In this document: piece after piece, positions 27,447-42,017 of the stretch | Numbering within the stretch: position 1 is the stretch's first letter | Layout: every line of letters starts with the position of its first letter | Assembly (NCBI GenBank): GCA_951406725.2 | Contig: OX597828.1 | Coordinates: forward strand, 17,608,001 to 17,672,000 | Direction of reading: 5' to 3' | Source of the DNA: Octopus vulgaris | Taxonomy: Eukaryota | Length of the DNA stretch: 64,000 nt | The notes under the pieces: model-generated | Database searches by the model: none | Seen by the model: only the letters and a program-made list of their open reading frames with translations | What the model was told of the DNA's origin: nothing | Made by a program: the position numbers and the translations under genes

Positions 27447-28504
27447 CTACTAGAGTGTTTAAGCTCATATCTCCCCATGCAGACAAAAATGGCTACATAC
27501 AGAGCTTATACACACATACACACGCATGTAATATAAGTATAACGATATATACACAACACAATTTTCATATAATCTTTTATTCGCTCATTCGTTTCAGACA
27601 CTGAGAGGAAGAGACCAAGCAAGTACCTGATCAACGTTCCATATTCACCAGGTGTAAATCGTGACCACTTACACAATTGGCAACAAATCAGACACCTGGA
27701 AAATTGGGCTAGTTAATACCATGATGAAACTGAACTTGGTGCAGTCTATTTGGACACCTTAATTTTGGAGAACAGTGTTCAACAAATGGAGGAAAAGCAT
27801 CGCTTGTGATGAAAAATATGTTTATTGTGTAGAACATTCACATAAAGTGCTTCTCTAGCAATACCAGAAAAATTAACTACGTATGGCAGTTAATAAACAA
27901 TCCGATTTCCAGTTGATCCGACCAAGGGAACGACTTGTTCGTAACATTAACGGGCAAGTGACTGAATACACTATAAACAATAGCACCATTAACGTATTTC
28001 TCAGGGTGATTAAGCGTGACACAGAATGTGACAGGGCTGGTACTTTGTAATATAGGTACTAATCCTTTTTTGCCAGCTGAGTGAACTGGAACAAGGATGA
28101 ATAAAGGGTTTCTTCTCAAGGGCACAATATGCCACCGGAATTGAACTAACGACCTTACGATAAATTAAGTACCAGTTACGCACTGGGGTCGATATAATCG
28201 ACTTAATCTGTTTGTCTGTCCTTGTTTGTCCCCTCTGTGTGTAGCCCCTTCTGGGCAGTAAAGAAATAGGCTGTTCGCTAGCATGGCCGCAGACAAATGA
28301 CTGAAACAAATGTAAGAATAATGCGATGGAGCTCCAGGTTGACCGTAGCTGTATGAAACGAATGAGTGAATAAAAGATTATATGAAAATTGTGATGTGTA
28401 TATATATCCTTATACTTATATTACATGCGTGTGTATGTGTGTATAAGCTCTGAATGTAGCAATTTTTGTCTGCATGGAGAGATATGAGCTTAAACACTCT
28501 GGTA
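27447..28504. repeat. ~155 bp inverted duplication (27447-27600 / 28350-28504)
   Basis: Arms align with scattered mismatches, e.g. TTTTTGTCTGCATGG(G/A)GAGATATGAGCTTAAACACTCT. Confidence 0.9.
27890..28270. mobile_element. SINE D fragment (-) fused to SINE B fragment (+)
   Basis: Homology to 17413-17732 and to the family B body. Confidence 0.7.
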
Positions 28505-28977
28505 ATATGTATATATATATATCCATATATTGTTGAACATGTATGTATGTTTATGTATATCATAATTTCTTTGCTGTAGTTCGTTCGTCGATATTTTTTT
28601 CTTTCTCTGCATATCGAAAATTTCTACATTGGGATGAAAATTGAAATTGCGATGAAACGAATCGCGCTGTACAGCAAATGGCTTTGTCTGTCATATATTA
28701 TTTAGTAAGCCTCTTATCGCGAATGTTTGTTTCATTTAATATTTCATTAGTCTTTAATCATCGACCATCTAGTAGGAATTGATATCCCAGAATTTATTAA
28801 AAATGAAATGAAAATAAATAAATACATGTAATATAATAATGATAATAAAAATAATAAAACGGAACGACGCCTGCAGTCTTCCGTTGTTATTTTTTAATTT
28901 TTTGTTGTTTTTTTTTATTTATATTTTTCGTTTAATATTTAATTTCGTTCTCAGAAAAGATGTTCGTATTCACTAAC

Positions 28978-29089
28978 CTCCGTTTGATGACCTCAGATAG
29001 TTATCACATCGACGAAACTTGATCGATTTAAATAGTTCTTCAAGATGTTTCCCAAGAGGTAGTTCAAATAGAAAAACATTCTTTGCCAT
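28978..29089 (-). CDS. Probable coding exon of an unidentified gene
   Basis: Long pyrimidine tract then TTCAG acceptor; GAG|GTTAGT donor; only frame 0 open: MAKNVFLFELPLGKHLEELFKSIKFRRCDNYLRSSNG. Confidence 0.6.
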
Positions 29090-29607
29090 CTGAATTTTTG
29101 AAAAAAGAAAAAGAAAAAAAAGAAAAATCCTCTTGACTTTTCTCACCCCTCCACTCTCTCTCTCTCTATATATATTTATGTCTCCCTCTCTCGTTCTCTC
29201 TCTTCGCTCTTTCATCTTTTCTTAAAATATATAATTATTGTTTAGCATGTTTGCTATTTAAAAGGTTCAGAAATAGTGGTGCTATTTCCCTTCTTTTGGA
29301 GCGACTTATGATATCCGTATGACTATTATAGTGTATCACCACCACCGTTAGCCATCTGACGCTTATTGAAACTCAGATAAGAATTCAATTCCCCAAGGAT
29401 AAGATATGCACATATGCGTGTGAGTATGCGTGTGTATGTTTATATACAAGTGTGTATGTCTGTATGCCTATGTGTGTATATATATATATATGTGCGTGTG
29501 CGTATTTAATATATATGTGTGTGTGTCTTTATATGTATAGGCACACATACATGTAGATAATAGATGATTGTATATATATGTATATATATTTGCATATATA
29601 TTAATAT

Positions 29608-29786
29608 AGATGCAGGAGTGGCTGTGTGGTAAGTAGCTTGCTTACCAATCACATCGTTCCGGCTTCAGTCCCACTGTGTGGCACCTTGGGCAAGTGTCTT
29701 CTACTATAGCTTCGGGCCGACCAAAACCTTATGAATGGATTTGGTAGACGGACACTGAAAGAAGCCCGTCGTTTTTATGTATATAC

Positions 29787-29831
<45 letters not shown>

Positions 29832-30052
29832 TGTGTGTATGTTTGTGTGACTGTCTTTGTTCAGCCACCAACATCGCTTGACAACCGATGGTTGTGTGTT
29901 TACGTTGCCGTAACCTGGCGGTTCGGCTTAAGAGAACGATAGAATAAGTACTAGGCTTACAAAGAATAAGTCGTGGGTTTGATTTGCTCGACTAAAGGGT
30001 GTGCTTCAGCATGGCCTCAGTCAAATAACTGAAACAAGTAAAAGAGAGTAAA
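29608..30052 (+). mobile_element. SINE family A, full length
   Basis: tRNA-like head, CACCTTGGGCAAGTGTCTT CORE-like block, internal (TG)n, tail ending GTAAAAGAG repeats. Confidence 0.9.
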
Positions 30053-30078
30053 GAGTATACGTGCATAGTTTTACGCGT

Positions 30079-30182
<104 letters not shown>

Positions 30183-30769
30183 ACGTGTTTGTATATGTAA
30201 ATATATGTATACTGTCTCATTTATGTAGAGCTGAAGACTGTTCTTTTTCTGAGTCATGGTTATGAATATAAATATTAGTATCATTTGACTTAAACAAAAG
30301 TCTCTCTGTCTTTTTTTTAAATGAGCCCTCAACGGAACGCTGTGACATACATACATACAATTTCTGAAACCTTTTCAACCTACTTGAAGAGGAAATAACT
30401 ATAAAAACCATTCGACAAATTGATATGACTATAGTGCAGACACGCAAATTTATACGTCTTAAGTGATATTAATTATCAAAACACCCTAGTGAATTAACTA
30501 TTGCAATATCATATTTTGTTATCATAGCTATCGTATCACGTAACTTGTAATTTGCATATTCCATTAGTTCTTAGAAGTATCAGATGCCATTAATTATCTT
30601 AACTACTTCATCAACGTATTAATTATTTTAACCATTCACTACTACAGATTTGTTAGATCGCTGGGAGAGACTCTGTTATGCTATGTTTCTGCTCTCTGCA
30701 CTGTTTTCTCTTCATTTCTTCAGGTTTCACATATATATTATACCAGTTATGTACAGGGTATCGATTTCT

Positions 30770-31183
30770 GGGCGCAGGAGGGGCCGTGTGGTAAGTAGCT
30801 TGCTTACCAATCACATGGTTCCGGGTTCAGTCCCTCTGCGTGGCACGTTGGGTAAGTGTCTTCTATTATAGCCTCGGGCCGACCAAAGCCTTGTGAGTGG
30901 ATTCGGTAGACGGAAACTGAAAGAAGCCCGTCGTATTTATGTATATGTGTATATATATACATATATGTGCGTGTTTGTGTGTCTGTGATTGTCTCCCCAA
31001 CATCGCTTGACAACCGATGGTGGTGTGTTTACCTCCCCGTAACTTAGCGGTTCGGCAAAGATACCGATAGAATAAGTACTAGGCTTACAAAGAATAAGTC
31101 CTGGGGTCGATTTGCTCGACTTTAAGGCGGTGCTCCAGCATGGCTGCAGTCAAATGACTGAAACATATAAAAGAGTAAAAGAA
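30770..31183 (+). mobile_element. SINE family A, full length
   Basis: Same structure as 29608. Confidence 0.9.
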
Positions 31184-31349
31184 TTTTCTCTATGTCCCTC
31201 TTTCTCTCCCTCCTAACTTTCTGCCCCTCTCTCCTCTTATTTCTTTCTCTTTCATTGTCGTGGCATCTTCAGCAAGTGTATCTATTGCCCCGGGTCTTCA
31301 AAAGTTTTATGAGTGAAATTTGGTTGACAAAGCTTATCCCATGATATAT

Positions 31350-31575
31350 ATTTCTTTATTGCCCATAAGGGGCTAAACATAGAGGGGACAAAGACAGACA
31401 AAGGGATTAAGTCGGTTACATCGACCCCAGTGCGTAACTGGTACTTTATTTATCGACCCCGAAAGGATGAAAGGCAAAGTCGACCACGGCGGAATTTGAA
31501 CTCGGAACGTAACAGCAGGCAAAATACGGCTACGCATTTCGCCCGGCGTGCTAACGATTCTGCCAGCTCGCCGCC
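31350..31575 (-). mobile_element. SINE family B nested in an old family A copy, with TSD
   Basis: TTATCCCATGATATAT at 31334 and 31576. Confidence 0.85.
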
Positions 31576-32020
31576 TTATCCCATGATATATGCATATGTG
31601 TGTGCATGTATGCGCGCGTGTATGGGAGTGTGTATGTGTGTGTTTGTATTTGTGTGCATGTGTGTGTGTATGTATTTTTCAGTCTCTCTTTGTCCCCCAC
31701 TACTGATTGACAATTGGTGTTGGTTTGTTTACGTCCCTGTAACATTAGTGGTTCGGCAAAATCTATCAACAGCATGAGTACCCGGTTTTTAAAAACTACA
31801 TAAGTAAGTACAGGGGTCGATTCGTTCGACTAAAAATTTCTTTCAAGCGAAGCCCCAGCATGACCACTATCTAATGATAGAGACAAATAAAAGATAAAAG
31901 GCTTAGATACAAATCTGGAGACAGTAAGTTTCTCATATGGAACCGGAAAACTACACGATAGAATAAATCAATTTACCTATCGACGAACTGAGGAATATTT
32001 GACAAAACAGTACCTCCCTA

Positions 32021-32560
<540 letters not shown>

Positions 32561-32882
32561 AGCTGAAAAGCAAAGTAAAGCTCGGTGGAATCTGAACTCA
32601 GAACACAAAGACAGACGAAATGCCGCTAAGCATGTTGTCCGGTATGCAAACGATCTTGCCATCTTATTTTTAATTGTGATTATCACCTTTTACTTGTGAC
32701 TCATATGGCATCTGTTAACTGACTAGAACAAGGGAAACGCGATCATGTTTCATTCTTAACTGCCATGGCCGCCTGGTTGATCGAACATTCGAGAAATTTG
32801 AAGCCGCGATAGAGGGTATCAGCTGAATAAATACTTTTACTCTTCTTTGGTATAAAGAACGTGTGTGAATATAAAGACCTAT

Positions 32883-32996
<114 letters not shown>

Positions 32997-33107
32997 TTGT
33001 ATATATGTGTGTGTGTATGCATAAATATATGTATGTATATGTATATATACATATATGTGAGTGTGTGTGAATGCATGTATATATGTGTGTGTATATGTGT
33101 ATATCTA

Positions 33108-33151
<44 letters not shown>

Positions 33152-33262
33152 GGTTTATTAGTTTTCCGTCCCTAAAGAGTTCATTTTCTAAATATTTACA
33201 CACTACACCGATGGAAAACTCGAAAAGAAATCGCACGGACTTTCTCTTCCTTTCTCTTTCTC

Positions 33263-33316
<54 letters not shown>

Positions 33317-33636
33317 TCTTTCTCCGATTCTTTTCTCCAGACGGCTTGATATTTGAGAAAATATTCTATAGAGAATTAAATGTTTTCACTCTCTCATATC
33401 GAAACGAAATGCTTTTCGGGTCACTGACAACACAAAATCCATTGCCCCTTTATTACAGCGGTGGAAAGGTCAAATAGAAGCTGCTTTCTTTCAAGACGTC
33501 AAAATTTATCGCTGGGAGAGAGGCAAAATATTCTGACAGCCAATCGGATGGGTTTGTGGTATTCGGTTAATGAGTCAACAGTCTTAAGGTGAAAGATGAA
33601 GTCTTTGCTTTGGAAGATAAAAGTTATATGATGCAC

Positions 33637-33692
<56 letters not shown>

Positions 33693-33974
33693 ATACATAT
33701 ATCTATATCTATCTACCTATCTATCTATCTATCTCTCTCTCTCTATATATATATATACATATGTGTATATATATATATATATACATACATATATATATAT
33801 ACATACATATATATGTATATATATATGTTTCCATATATGTGTGTATATGTATCTATGTGTGTATGAATGTATGTTTAAAATATGCATGCATATATTCACG
33901 TATGTATGTATATATATATATATATATATATATCCATGTATGTATACAGTCACAGCCATTACACACATAAACAT

Positions 33975-34007
<33 letters not shown>

Positions 34008-34978
34008 CATACATACATACATACATACATACATACATACATACATACATACATACATACGTACATAAATACATGCATGCCTATTTATATATATATATAT
34101 ATATCCGGTTGCACTAGCTTGAATAAATTCTTTGAATTAATAAATTTCGAGAATGAGTTCGGGACGCAAGATAGAATTTTGGTTCATCGCAATGATAACA
34201 TATAAAAGAAGTAATTCTCAAAAATCCAAAGAAAAACAAAGAATTCTAACAGAAACATCACATTTCGAAGCTGAACGGGCAAATTCTTGATGTTTACATA
34301 ACAATGACAGTCGGACAAATATTCTTAAAATAATATTTCTTTTATGCGGTGAGCGGCTTGGAATAAGGGGTTAGCGTCGGCTAGAAGGTATGGGGACGCG
34401 TTTTTAATTCCCGATGGAATTTAATACCCGCCACTCAATTTACAAAAGAACTTAGCGTTACAGTTATCTAAGCGACCGATGAGTGAGCATCTACGTGGTT
34501 TCGTAGCCCTGCTAGAGAGAGAAGTCAAATCTCAATAAAATAAAATGTTATAGGCTCGAGAAGGAAACCTCACATTGAATTGGGTGTCAAGGTGAGAGAA
34601 TCGTTACTATACCGAGCGAAATACTTAGCAACATTTCGTCCCTCTGTAATTTTTCAGTTCAAATTCCACTGAGGTTCATTTTGCCTTTCAGCTTTGCGGG
34701 ATGAATGAAATAAGCATCAGTTGAGCATTGGGTTCCAGGTAATTGACTAAGCTTTCCCTAGTCCCAAAGTTTCAAACTTCCTGGTACGTGTCAAAAGACC
34801 AGCGACCCAGAAGGTCGTGGGGCAATGAGACGAGCAGAAAAGGAAGGAAGTTATTGTCCTCAGGCATCCACTAAAATGCCCAGCATGTTTTCCATTTGAA
34901 CCTGTTTGGAACTGTTAAGAATATATGTGTAAATATCCATTCCTGACCTCGAAGTAGTCGGTGAAAACATCGATTTTA

Positions 34979-35252
34979 TACAGTTCTATATCTAAGAGAT
35001 GAGGAATTCTGTACTTTATTTACATTATTTACAACCGACGGATATGTGTCCTAATCTTGTTCGTTCTTAACACAACGCTTCAGCCTTCATCAGCTGTCTT
35101 GGGGAAATTTCGAACCTGGATATTTTTCGATGTTATTATTATTATTATTCAGGTCATATGCCCCGTGGGCATATGGCGTAGCGGTTAAGAACGCGGGCTC
35201 CAAACCCCAAGATTCCGATTTCGATTCCAAGCAGTGACCGGAATACTACTAC

Positions 35253-35285
<33 letters not shown>

Positions 35286-35466
35286 TGATGATAACAATGA
35301 TGATGATGATAATAATAATAACATCGAAAAATACTTTAGGAATGAGAACCCCGTTTCGAAATTTACCCGAAACACCTGATGAAAGTGGGAGGGTATATCA
35401 GCCGAAACATTATGTTAAGAACAAACAAGATGAACACAAATATCCGTCATATGTAAATAAGGTATA
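34979..35466. mobile_element. tRNA-headed HHR element (family H1), inverted pair
   Basis: Minus copy 34979-35165; junction CATATGCCC-CGT-GGGCATATG; head 35167-35240; (AAT)n; decayed HHR at 35371-35416. Confidence 0.8.
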
Positions 35467-35502
35467 CAAAGATTTTATATATACATAAATTTATATTTAT
35501 AT

Positions 35503-35570
<68 letters not shown>

Positions 35571-35573
<3 letters not shown>

Positions 35574-35963
35574 ATAAATATTAGGGAATAAATCCAAATT
35601 TACAGGGAAAAATCAGATTTAGGATTAAATCCAATTTTATAGTAAAATATTATATAATATTAATTAGAGACAAAACCACTATTTTGCAAAACAAACAAGG
35701 AAAGACTTAATCAATACATAAAATTTTAATAAAAAGTCAAAAAAACCGCCACTACAATTGTTTCTTGTCCTGATCGACAATCTTCAGGTGGACTTCCAAT
35801 TTACAAGTCAGTTTCAAATTATGTAAATTGGAAGTCCACCTGAAGATTGTCGATCAGGACAAGAAACAATTGTAGTGGCGGTTTTTTTGACTTTTTATTA
35901 AAATTTTATGTATTGATTAAGTCTTTCCTTGTTTGTTTTGCAAAATAGTGGTTTTGTCTCTAA

Positions 35964-35970
<7 letters not shown>
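35571..35970. mobile_element. HHR element (family H2), 149-bp perfect inverted repeat between (TA)n tracts
   Basis: Arms 35657-35805 and 35822-35970, 16-nt spacer. Confidence 0.9.
35836..35878 (+). ncRNA. Minimal type I hammerhead ribozyme motif (H2); mirror copy at 35749-35791(-)
   Basis: CCAC-CTGAAGA-TTGTC gatcag GACAA-GAAA-C aatt GTA-GTGG; complete core, palindromic stem III ACAATTGT. Confidence 0.85.
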
Positions 35971-36009
<39 letters not shown>

Positions 36010-36906
36010 AAAATGAGTTTAAAGGGTTATATTCCCCTGGCGGTTGCCGTGTGTCCTCTTAATTCTCTTTCAGATACATTTTTACCCAGATTATATTTAT
36101 GCTCGAAAATTGCAATTATAACAAAGGGTCAAGTAAAGGAGTACAAGAAAGAAAATAGGAGTACCCGTACTCTTAAAGGTTTAGAACATTTAGTATGTAA
36201 CATAATGGTTTTCATATGAGACCTTCACAAGATGTTTTATAAAATCGCATTGATCTGAGGGTCATATACAAACGGCGGGAAGTCGATAACCGAGTTGATA
36301 GATGAGTAAAACATATACCCAACTGAAGGGTCAGTGCCTGAAAGCCTTTCACAGGTTCAGCACCATTTTCCAATACCAGGTTATTTGAAATAACTTCTCA
36401 GTGGTTCAGTCCAATGGTACAACTGTAGAGATGTAGCACATCTATAGTTCATCTCCCCACATATTAATGAATATATTTTGCGGTAGAGATTGAACTAAGC
36501 CATGAGCTGAATAATGGTAAGTATAACGGAGTCTTAACTCACACATAATAGATAACTTTTGCCGTATAGTCTTGCTTCTATGGTTAATATCAAGAAATAT
36601 AGTACACATACAATGATTACAATTTAAATTTCATCAAATATCTTGGCACCTATACATATGATGAAATGAATGCTAATTTTCAAAAGGTAAATATTTATTA
36701 CCTTAAAATAAAATTAAATAAAACAAATTTCCCATTTGTATATTTGCAACAAATGTATGTTATTATTTTCCTAAATTTTCTCAACATAATCGCAATCTAC
36801 TCTATCGAAAGCCTATCTCGGCGAAATTTTATTAAATAATGTCATAAAACACTCAGCTTGCACCTGCAGAAAATTACATGGCCCTCATCCTGCTACTCTT
36901 AATATT

Positions 36907-36957
<51 letters not shown>

Positions 36958-37384
36958 CTCTCTTTCTCTCCCTCTTTCCCCTCTCTCTCCTCTATCTCTC
37001 TCTCTCTCTCTTGCTCGCTCGCACCCTCGCTCACTTGCTCTGCGATATAATACAGAAATTGAAGAAATTAATCGACAAACAATTCAACTTAGATTTTCAT
37101 CGGTTATTATTAAATAGAGACAGCCTTCGAAAAATGTCTCTATTTATTAATAGTAAGTGATAATACAATGAAGTTCATAATATGGTCAATAAAAGCACAA
37201 ATTTGGAAGTAGATGTAAGCATGTTCTCCATTTTGTGGACGACGGAGAGATAAAATGTAAAATTACCCTCGCTGGGTTTGGGACTCAGAAGTGAAAGAGC
37301 CTGGGAATTTTATTCAGTGCACCATCAATTCTGCCAAGCCACTGTTCAAGACTATCCTACAATAACTGTTTCTAATTTAGATAC

Positions 37385-37727
37385 AAAAGCAAAGATACTC
37401 TTCGGTCAGGTATGACCATGGGATTGCACCTAGAAAGTTCCCCTCCGAGGTACAATTCCAGGCAAGGTTATTTTTGCGGAAGATCAGCAGTCGCCCATGC
37501 ATGTCAGTCTTCCTTCTCCACGCAACAGATGTTGTCCCAGAGAAGGCGAAATCCGATGAAGCTTGGCACCAGTTATTTTGCAAATCATTTCTAAAGGTGA
37601 AAGAACTGGAGCAACCTGAGAGTAAAGTGTTTTGCTCAAGAGCACAACACATAGCCCGGTCCAGGAACTGAACACGTTATCTCATGATTGTGAGACCATC
37701 ACTCTAAGCACTGAGTTATGTGTCTTC
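37385..37727 (-). mobile_element. SINE family D with tail type 3
   Basis: Core TGTGCTCTTGAGCAAAACACTTT; tail GGAACTTTCTAGGTGCAATCCCATGG also at ~63560-63675. Confidence 0.7.
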
Positions 37728-38319
37728 ACAATTTAGGTAAAACGTTATCAATTTTTAAAGGATATAGAAAAACGATGCCAACTACCCTCGTACGCATATA
37801 ATTCTTTATTTCATGGAGACTAAAGGGATGAATGTAAAAAGTTTCCTCCTGATCAGGATTTGACTTCAGAGCATAAAGAACTGGAAGAAAAGCCCATTGG
37901 TTTAGCCTATCCTCTAGGAATGATTCGTTAGTCATTGTATTTCTCGTTATCAAGGTATTACAATTTCAGTTGTTCAACTGATAAGTTACCATCATATGAT
38001 TGTTAACAACCAGCCCAGTTCTTGGCAGCCATAATCAACCGCATTTCAGTCCCCTGTGTCCGGTATCATTTTACATTAGGAAATAAATTATCCAATCTCT
38101 CTTTATTTTTATTTTTATTAGTTTCAGTCTTCGGCCATGCTTGAATAATTTTAGGCAAAACGAATCGATTCCAGTCCGTTCTTTTTTTTCTGTAACGTAA
38201 AATGGGGTTCTTTTGGCAGACTGTTAGGTTAAAGGGGCCTAACACTAAAACTGGCTATAGAGCGGGTGGGGGTCAAACACGGACACAAACACACGCGAAG
38301 ATATATATATGTATATACA

Positions 38320-38420
<101 letters not shown>

Positions 38421-38697
38421 CACGTGATCACGTGATCGATCAGACCATCAGATGTTGTTACACATCGCTGGTCACAATGCGTTCGCATTCTTTTAGCCTT
38501 CGAATGACGCCAACAGAAGAAAGAGTGGGAGAAAGAGTGGTGAAAAAGTACAGCAGGGATCACAACCCCCTGCCGGAGCCTCGTGGAGCTTTTAGGTATT
38601 TTCGCTCAATGAACACTCACAACGCCCGGGCTGGGAATCGAAACCGCGATCCTGCGACCGCGAGTCTGCTGCCCTAAATACTAGGCCGTTGCGCGTC

Positions 38698-38699
<2 letters not shown>
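38421..38699 (-). mobile_element. SINE family C with tail type 2
   Basis: Same head as 17781; tail ends ...TCACGTGATCACGTG at (TA)n. Confidence 0.85.
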
Positions 38700-38779
<80 letters not shown>

Positions 38780-38945
38780 CAGACAGACACACATACATAT
38801 ATACACATACAGACATCTCTCCCGCTATATATAAATATATACATATGTATATATATATATATATACTCACACATATATCTCTCTCACTTTACCTCTCTCT
38901 CTTTCTCTCTCTCTCTATCTATCTATCCAGAGCGATGTTTGTATG

Positions 38946-39007
<62 letters not shown>

Positions 39008-39235
39008 TGTATGTATGTATGTATGTATGTATGTATGTATGTATGTATGTATGTATTGCCATTCGCTACAGTGGTGGGCTGTATTCCGGAGCAAAACACT
39101 TCATCTCACCTTGCTGAGCGATCACTTCAACTCCTGACACATGGTACATAATGCACCTGATCGGACAACGTCGATTTGACGGAGAGAGTCCGCTAATGTG
39201 CGGCGCAAACATTTGATCACTATAAGCAACAACAA

Positions 39236-39387
39236 TAGAAGGAGGTGGCGGAGAAGAAGTAGAAGAAGAAGAAGAAGAAGAAGAAGTAGAAGAAGAAGAA
39301 GAAGAAGAAGAAGAAGAAGAAGAAGAAGAAGAAGAAGAAGAAGAAGAAGAAGAGGTAGTAGAAGAAGAAGAAGGAGAAGTAGAAGAA

Positions 39388-39418
<31 letters not shown>

Positions 39419-39674
39419 GAGAAGAAGAAGAAGAAGAAGAAGAAGAAGAAGGAGAAGAAGGAGAAGAGGAAGAAGGAGAAGGAGAAGAGGAAGAAGGAGA
39501 AGGAGAAGAGGAAGAAGGAGAAGAGGAAGAAGGAGAAGGAGAAGAAGAAGAAGAAGAAGAAGAAGAAGGAGTAGAAGAAGAAGAAGAAGAAGAAGTAGAA
39601 GAAGAAGAAGTAGAAGAAGAAGAAGAAGAAGAGGAAGAAGAAGAAGTTAGAAGAAGAAGAAGAAGAAGAAGAAA
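39236..39674. repeat. ~440 bp (GAA)n/(GGA)n polypurine tract
   Basis: Direct reading. Confidence 0.95.
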
Positions 39675-40385
39675 ACGTGTCTATCATCATCATATGTATG
39701 TATGTAGGTATACATGTATGTTTACGACAGCTCTAAGCTCCCGTCAAACAAATCCATTCATATGGCTTTGGTCGGCCCAGAGCACTAACAGAAAACCTTG
39801 CCCAAGGTGCGAGGGAATGAACCCGCATACATGCGATAGGCAAGCAAACTGCTTACCACGCATCCACACAGGCATCTTCGTTGTTTAAAATTCAATAGTA
39901 TCTTTTGAAACCAATATACTTTCACTTACTAGCAAATCAAGCAAACAACGTAAAGTTTCCAACGTCTGTCCGGTCGCAAAATATATTTGTTCATCATAGT
40001 ATTCTTCCTTCACATCTTTAGGAGTGTCATTTTATGAGACAGTCAGACTTATATACTATTTTATTATGACATAAATAACTTCAGAACAGAACGTACATTT
40101 TTTTTCGTTTACTTAAATGTCATTATATTGTCCTACTCTGCTTGTATACCCTTATTATTAACTTTACTAGTATTAATCTTCATATATAGAAATGCAAATA
40201 TTTCATCTTGCTGTTTGTCAGTCTAACATTTTAACAAACTCTTCTATAACTTTCTCCCCTCTCCCATATACATCTTATCGTTATCATTAAACATCAGATT
40301 CCACTTCCAGCCTGTATAATATCTTGAAAATTGTTGCACACATTTCCAGCCTATTTATCTGTCACTTCGTCCATCACATAAATGC

Positions 40386-40438
<53 letters not shown>

Positions 40439-40589
40439 TATATATATATACATACATATATACATATTTGCAAAAAACATGTGTACGTATATATATATAT
40501 ATATGTATATATATGTATATACATAGATAGCTAGATATATATATAAATACACACATATGTAAATGTATATATATATATATATGTACATT

Positions 40590-40633
<44 letters not shown>

Positions 40634-40680
40634 CGCATATATATATACATATGTATATATATATACACATACATACATTG

Positions 40681-40713
<33 letters not shown>

Positions 40714-41523
40714 ATATATGTATATATATATGTGTGTGTGTGTATTAATTATGTATATATATATGTACACACACACACGCGTACACACACACTCACACAC
40801 ACACATATATATACATATATATGATTCTAAACGCGAGTTCCTTCTTTAACTACCGCTATTTCCTCCAATTACTTGCCTAGATATTGGCACATCCGAAGCT
40901 TCTAATTATTCCTAAATCTTTAAAGATCGTTATTTCCTTTCCTATGTTTCTTATGGTTCTTTATTTTCTATTCCCGTCTCTGTGAATCTCATTATTGTGT
41001 TTGGTGATTGACTGTCTTAGGACTCGTCGTCTTTTTCTTCCTCCTCCATCTTCCATCTTTATCTCCAAATGTTCCTTACTTGCTTCTCTTTCGAAATTTC
41101 TCCTTTCACAACAATTATTCTATTTTTAGGGAACTTACAGCAGCCGCTGTGTTTCTCATTACGTACAATGCATCTATCTTATAATACATGCCATTTTGCA
41201 ACATTTGATAAGCGCACTTCTGATTTTTTTTTTCTTTTGTTTATAAGTTTCATGTGACGCACACTTTGAACATTTTCATTTTCCAATTTCTCCTTCAAAT
41301 TTTCCTAATGCTCGTCCGTACACACATACACACATATACATGCGACACCCACACACCCACATACATGCGACACCCACACACCCACATACATATTGCATTT
41401 ATATATATGTATTTATGTATATATATATTATATAAATATAAAAATATTCACTTATATGCATACATACAAAAACATAAATATATACACATATAAATGATGT
41501 ATATTATATACGTACACGCACAC

Positions 41524-41622
<99 letters not shown>

Positions 41623-41892
41623 ATGATGTATTATTACTGTTATGAATGATATTAATAAAATAATAATGTGGCCAGCAAGTTCACACCCATACAGGGACAA
41701 TATAAGACACATTTAGATATAGTAGGGTATATAATATCACTTGCTAAAATCAGAGCCAAGGCTCGAAAACCACCAGAAACTCACAATAATGATACACACG
41801 AACGAGCAATGCAATGAACATATGAGAAATAGGCTTACCTTTGCATTGAATACATCAGTAAGCAATGGATAACACGAAGGCACACACATAAC

Positions 41893-41956
<64 letters not shown>

Positions 41957-41966
41957 CATACATACA

Positions 41967-42011
<45 letters not shown>

Positions 42012-42017
<6 letters not shown>

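Noticed and set aside
27600-27850. Mariner N-terminal remnant (IACDEKYV)
   Set aside because: One short motif only; too decayed to call
33341-33468. Plus-strand exon after a (CT)n tract; nearby AP-1 and CCAAT motifs
   Set aside because: Acceptor is explained by the microsatellite, donor is weak, and short motifs are expected by chance
35167-35240. tRNA gene (also the other SINE heads)
   Set aside because: A and B boxes present but no complete acceptor stem; embedded in repeats
39198-39650. Protamine-like poly-Arg ORF
   Set aside because: Translation of (GAA)n with a GTG start and no unique coding context
41830-41870. GCTTA-CTGATGT...AAAGG-TAAGC(-), as HHR remnant or splice donor
   Set aside because: Core incomplete, single copy, no credible acceptor
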